Below are positions 57,203 to 64,000 of a DNA stretch of 64,000 nt, one piece after another (positions within the stretch are counted from its first letter, which is position 1; each line of letters starts with the position of its first letter). The stretch lies in NCBI RefSeq assembly GCF_009914755.1, contig NC_060926.1; one strand, 5' to 3'. The position numbers were made by a program, and so were the translations under genes. This DNA is from the human T2T-CHM13v2.0 reference genome, Homo sapiens. The notes under the pieces are model-generated. The model made no database searches and was not told where the DNA came from. It saw only the letters and a list, made by a program, of their open reading frames with translations.

Positions 57203-57597
57203 CCACGGGCTTAGTGGTGGCTGGCTTGGTGGCAGCTGGTTTGGCTGCCTGTGGCCTAGGGACCTCAGGCTTGGTCGCCACTGGTTTTGCAGCAGCAGCG
57301 GGGGGTCTTACAGCTGCTGGCTTTGCTGCTACAGGCTTCGCTGCTGTTGCTGGCTTCACCGCCACTGGGGGTCTAACAGTGGCCGTCTTTGTGGCCACAG
57401 GCTTGGCAGCCACAGGTTTCGCAGGGGCCGGCTTTGCAGCGGCTGGCTTCACAGATGGCTGATTTATAATAGTCACAGGCTTTGTTGTGGTGGTTACAGG
57501 CTTTGTTGTGGTGGTCACCGGCTTCGTCGTAGTCACCGGCTTCGTTGTCGTCACTGGGTTGGATGTAGGACTTGAAGTAACGTTATTCGGAACATTT
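57203..57597 (-). CDS. COL6A3: COL6A3 exon 40: Thr/Lys/Pro/Ala-rich repetitive region (C3)
   Basis: tcttaacag|AAATGTTCCG...CCCGTGG|gtaaga. 395 nt encoding [26 protein letters not shown]...KPAAAKP...ATTKPV (ORF 57168-57554). Confidence 0.96.
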
Positions 57598-59101
57598 CTG
57601 TTAAGACAAATTAAATATTACCTCTACTTTTACCTGCTATCTAAAATAAATAAAGACATAACCCCATGAGCTACATTAAATTTGTTTTAGCAAAATGCAT
57701 GCAATAGTTTTTATAGATTATGTATAGCAGTGCATATATTAAATTCCTTCTTTTAAGGATCTGTGCCTCCCTAAAAAAAGATATGGAACAGCATATTGAA
57801 AAATAGAACCATTAAAAATGAAGCTTATATTGTTCTACAAAAACATCTTTCAATTTCTAAAATAAAGGCAGAGAGAAAATAAGAGACAATAATGAATAAT
57901 ATCCAACAATGTTCTCATTATAGCAATTAACCAACCAAAACATACACCAAAAATTAAATGAAATCAGTAGTTAGCTACTTACATTATAAGAAAATATCCA
58001 CTCAATCAAATGCTATGTTGAGCTGGAAAATTATAAAGTTAGCATGTACTATTTTGCTCCCAGGGCTTATTACTGGGAGTATATATATTTTTTATTTCTC
58101 TTAATTTTTGTGTATGTGTATTTTTTTTTACAATTTCTTGATCTATTACCAATATCTAGAGAGAATAGCAGCCTAATCAAACAGACATAACAACAAGGAC
58201 CCACACTTCATAGCTTTCTTGATCTTAGAAGAAAATATATTATTTTATAGTCATATCTTGCTACTTGTCCTAGGAAGTATTAATATATTTTCAAGTTAAT
58301 ATCATAAGACTTCAAATACTAGGTTACTTCATTCATTCTGTTTTCCTAAAGATAAAAAGGTTGAGCCAATTTCAGGGAAGGTTTCAGAGAAAAAATACGA
58401 ATCATTAGAGCCTAGAAAAATGGAGGCTACAAAGCTAAATGAAGCATCCAGTGCCACGATAAGGGTCCTAGTGGCCTTAGCAATGATATTCATTCTTGCT
58501 ATGCTGAGATTTAAAGCCACTCCTTCTGAGGTCAAAAGAAAGAGCTGAAGGACTTAAGTGGTGATAGACAGAAGGGTCTGCAGTAGGAAGAGATGGGCTC
58601 TCTTTCCCCATCTTGAGAGTCAGCTAGTCGTAAGCCAGATAGTCATTTTTCAAGGATCATTTGCGTTCACATCTCATCTGTGTACGAAGTTCAGAATCTG
58701 CAGAATCTGCACTTCCCTCCAAAGCATGACACACTGTGACATTCTCTTAAGGAGCACACATTGCTGACACGCTGCAGGGGCTCAGTTCTTGCAGCCACAT
58801 CACCCCAGCTAGCCCTCTGTTACATGCCCCCACTGCCCTCTTTGCTCCTAGGGTTGGCACCCGAAATGGAGCAGGGCATGAAACACGGCACATGGGCCAG
58901 GCAGCAGCATCGGCATGGGTGCCACAGTCCTGCCCACTCCCACCCCTCCCGTCAGTCTTCATAGAACATGCACATGACTTCCTATTATTACCATCATTAC
59001 ATGTTATCACAGCATTAATAATTTTAAGAAGACATGGAGTCCATTTTTTGATGTATCCAATCCTTCTTTTACGTAATCATTTCACACCAGATACGGTAAA
59101 T

Positions 59102-59923
<822 letters not shown>

Positions 59924-60079
59924 AAACAGATTATTTGAGAAGCATGACCCACATTACCTTTGGGAAGTCACATTTTCTGGATTTCAAGGTCCTCATCCCA
60001 TAAAGTCAGGAGGTGGTTGGAGGACCTGTGCATTCCCTGCAGCGCTACAATTTTTAAGACAATAATTATAATCACTTAC

Positions 60080-60182
60080 ACTTGTTTGTGACCAAACTTC
60101 ACAAGGTTCTTTGTGGGTTGGTCCCCTTGGAACCAATCACACTGTTTCCTGATATCTGGGGACAAGTAAAAAGCATTTTCAC
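60080..60182 (-). CDS. COL6A3: COL6A3 exon 39 (linker after C2)
   Basis: ttttctttag|GTGAAAATG...CAAGT|gtaagt. 103 nt encoding (S)[33 protein letters not shown](V); phase 1 to 2 matches both neighbours. Confidence 0.95.
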
Positions 60183-61516
60183 CTAAAGAAAAAAAACAAA
60201 GAAAACAATTGAACCGCATGCTAATAACATGAAAATTAAAATTAATCTGTCAACAAGTTAAATGAATCACATAACATTTATTTAGCCCATAATTATTGTT
60301 GAATTAACTATATCAGACAAACTATGTCCAGTGATTTTAAACATAAAGTATGATGGCATTGGATCCATAAAACATGGTAAGCCAATATGTTCTATTTGGC
60401 AATATTTGGGTGATTAAGTTAAAGATATATTTATCCAACATGAGAGAGAAGACAGGGATAGAAGAAAAATCAAGTGGAGAGTTCAACAAGTTCTAGACTC
60501 TTGGACATCAGATTATAATGCAACTGCTTTTCAGATTTTCTCAATGCTTTGTTGAACAAAGCTTTTGTTTTTAATCTTTGGAAGACAGGAACAGTGACCT
60601 GTGGGTGAACCTGGGGGATTACCTTTGCTTCACATTTTTCTTTGAATCTTTTGGGGGCCAGACCTTCACAAATGTGAATACTGTTTTCATAGACCTCAAC
60701 ATTGCCTTAAATAATAAACATTTAGCATATACATGTTTATTTATACTTTATAAATCCCCCTCATCTGTTCCAAGCCTTGCCTGTACTGACCCTGGGCTGC
60801 ACACTGTACACAGGCTCTGGAAACTATAATAGGCTGCACCTCCTCAAAGAGCAGTCTAGGGGACCACAGACCCACAAATAAATGATCAACAGGCCAGGTA
60901 ATAGATGCCCTAAATAGGGTGTCCGGATTAACCATGAGCAGGCCTTGGGAGCAGCAGCTTCCACGGCGAGCAGAAGCCATTGGAATTGAACTTTGAAGAT
61001 GAATATGGGTTTGCTGCTGAAGTGCGGTGGAGAGCATTCCAGGGAGGGGGAGCCCCATGAGCAAAGACCCAGTGGTATCCAAGCACGGGGCTGGTGGCTA
61101 AGCCCCGATCAAAGCAACTCTTTCTAGAAGCTTTCCCCGGTGCCCCTAACAGAAATCACTTCTCTCGCGACATGCCAGCCTATTATGTCATGCGTAATAA
61201 ATGTGCATTTGATCCATTTGCCCACCCATTTGTAAACTGTTAAGGACACCAAGAGTGCCTTATGACTAGGTGGCGCTTGGTCAAATGTGGTGGAATAAAG
61301 GAATCAATGAGAACAAGGATACTGTCTGCATGTTCCCTGCTTACTCTGGCTCCTAAAAGCATTTGTGGCATATGGCAGGTGTCAATATATGTCTGTTCAA
61401 TGAATGAAACAGTTCCTGTCAACACATCGGTTGTCTTTTCCATGACTGTTCCTACACTTCTCCTGGCCCGAGCATAAAGCCAGGCCAGGGCACATGCTGT
61501 GCCACGCAGGACTTAC

Positions 61517-62215
61517 TGCTGACGAAGGACGGCAACAGCCTCCCGAAGCGCATCAAAGGCTCCTCGTTGAGCTCGGTGGACTTGTCCACTAATTTGAAGA
61601 AGACGTCGTTTGGCTCACTGGCGAAGGTGTATACCTCCTTGATGTTCACCTTCCTGCCAATGCCCAGGACCACGAAGAAGTAGCCCTTGCATTTGGCCTG
61701 CAGGATGACTCTCTGGGCCTCCTCCAGCTGCTGCTCCGGCACCTCGCCCGTCAGCATCAGGACCACAATTTTCAGGTCCCGTGGGTTTGGGGCACTTTCA
61801 AAGACATTCTCTATGGTGTATTCAATGGCACTGCCTAAGGCCCTGGTTCCCTGCAACTGTGTCATTCCCCTGCTGAGGAAGTCCACCAGCTTCTCCTTGG
61901 AGCCATAGTCAGTCAGGGAGAATTCCACCTTCACAGGTGGCATGCTGGCATTGTCCACGGACTCAGAGGGCGCGTGCTGCACAACTGCCACTCTGGCGAA
62001 GTGCTGGGAGGCCTTGGGATCTGGGCTCATGTCCAGTTGTCTGACCAGGTACGCTATGTACTTCTTCATCTCATTGAACTGGAACAGGGTGGTGGTCTCA
62101 GCGCTGTCTAAGATGAAAGCCATGTCGATGTCCACATCACTCCCTGCCGCTCTCCTGTCCCTGAAGGAAGGCCTCCAACTGCCAAATCCACAGGATGGGT
62201 CGATGTTGCAGATGT
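61517..62215 (-). CDS. COL6A3: COL6A3 exon 38: C1-C2 linker and vWA domain C2
   Basis: Lies within ORF 61452-62279 ([40 protein letters not shown]...LLPSFVS). Acceptor tttctag|AC, donor AGCA|gtaagt. 699 nt, phase 1-1. The vWA-type DMAFILDS strand is present. Confidence 0.97.
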
Positions 62216-62328
62216 CTAGAAAGAAGCATGGCAGCCTATTTGTTCTGTGACACCCACAGCAGGATACACAGCTCATCAATCTGCTGGGAGACTTGGGCGA
62301 TTAAAATGATCACATAAGATCAAAAGCG

Positions 62329-62694
<366 letters not shown>

Positions 62695-63127
62695 CTATCA
62701 CCTAATACTTAGTAGATGAAACAAATCACTAACCTAAAATCTTTGTAGCATACCATGTGCTGGCATTTTTAAAAGAAATGAAAAATTATATTACTTCTCT
62801 GCCACTCTTTGAAGAAATATGTTCTAGAAAGTCACTAGTGCCAATGTTTTCATTCTAGATTCTAATGTCAAAACTTAAGCAGAAACTGCCTCCTCCTTTG
62901 TTACCTATAAAATGAATTATCCGCCATCAAAGAGAAGCTCTGTTTTGGGAGGTCCATTTTTAATATAGAAACTGCTGCAGTAGTATTTACTCTGGTAAAT
63001 ACGAGGCTTTGTGAATCAATTGAACTCAAGCTCTTTTTACAGATCATCATTATTCTCTCACTCTCCCATGGATATTATGTTTTGCAATTGCAGCTGAGCA
63101 GATCTTCCTGTTAGAGAAACAGCTTAC

Positions 63128-63224
63128 CCAAGCAAACATGACACGTGAGGACATTCTCCAGGAAGTCTGTGAGGTCTCTCCCTGCAGGCAGGACAAGCGC
63201 ATGCCCCACTGCTGTGTTATTGAT
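63128..63224 (-). CDS. COL6A3: COL6A3 coding exon (exon 37 by recalled numbering), end of vWA C1 region
   Basis: Minus strand ...tttaaaccag|ATCAATAAC...TGCTTGG|gtaagct. 97 nt encoding [32 protein letters not shown]+G, joining the next exon as GAC (Asp). Not in the ORF track. Confidence 0.95.
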
Positions 63225-63449
63225 CTGGTTTAAACAAAAGAACAATTTTGGTAGGGGCGTACATGATCAGTAATATCTGAAAATATGGCAGAGGAGTAAA
63301 TCAAAGCTACATCAATAAAATAGATTAACTTCCCAATAGGGCAGTATTGGGAATATCTTCTCATTTGGGGGTGGGGTTAGGCTCTGAGTATAATAGAAAG
63401 ACATAGGTTTTATTCTACTAGGGTGAGCTGGAGTTCATATCCCGTTCAA

Positions 63450-63770
63450 ATGGGGTTCAGTTTTTTTCAGCTGTAAAATGGGGGGTAATACCTTCCTAAT
63501 GGTGTCATTTGGAGGGTTAAATTAGATAATAAATGTTAGTAACTGGTGTATCCTCTGGCAAATAGTAGGAACTTAATCTTATCGTTATTTTTAGCAACAA
63601 TATGGGAGCTCCATCCCTTCCCCACCCTCTCAGGTGTGGTTAAAGCAAGTAACAAAATCACTCCCAGTGGGTGCAGAGTCCTGTCTATCGCCGTACCTGG
63701 CACACGATTAGTAATTATTCATTTAACAAATAGCTAGTTTGAATGAATGACTGAGCAAATAATTAATGAA
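63450..63770 (+). mobile_element. MIR and L2 3'-end fragments
   Basis: ctgtaaaatggggggtaatacc...gagggttaaattagataat; cctggcacacga...gaatgaatga. Confidence 0.6.
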
Positions 63771-64000
63771 TGAACAATTTTTTGATCTCGTTGAAACCAT
63801 GCTAAGAAACTCACGTGGTTCTGGGTCCCTCAGCCCACACAAGGACAGACTTATGTGAATGAATCCCCCCATCAAGAGCACATGGCCGGTAGCCCAACTT
63901 CAACACTGAATTCCCAAGCCCAGCGCTCTATGCACAAATCATCCTGTGTTCGGCAGAACAAGCCCTGAGGAATGGCAGTGATGACCCAATGTCTTTCGCC

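Noticed and set aside
57117-57669. + strand ORFs (152, 95 and 60 aa) overlapping exon 40
   Set aside because: Antisense shadows of a repetitive coding exon; no independent gene structure.

Overview
Primate (almost certainly human) genomic DNA, not microbial. The right third holds the 3' end of COL6A3 (collagen VI alpha-3) on the minus strand. Eight coding exons can be placed by GT-AG boundaries and continuous reading frame; by recalled numbering they are exons 37-44: end of vWA C1, vWA C2, linker, Thr/Lys/Pro/Ala-rich region, FN3, linker, Kunitz/endotrophin and C-terminus. A ~760-nt 3'UTR follows, with a miR-29 8mer and an AATAAA. Positions 1-45,000 are downstream intergenic DNA dominated by transposon fossils: Alus, L1/L2/CR1, MIR, MaLR and MLT2 LTRs, a full-length THE1A element with intact TSD, a decayed ERVL provirus with recognisable RNase H and integrase remnants, and MER58/MER96B DNA elements; MADE1 elements lie in the COL6A3 introns. 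Nearly all ORFs in the supplied track are spurious. I found no convincing new biological system. The best leads are splicing/circRNA architecture and alternative 3'-end options for the endotrophin-encoding exons, a probably non-reference coding haplotype, and DUX4 motifs in the THE1A LTRs. Repeat subfamily names and reference residue numbers come from memory and need RepeatMasker or alignment confirmation.
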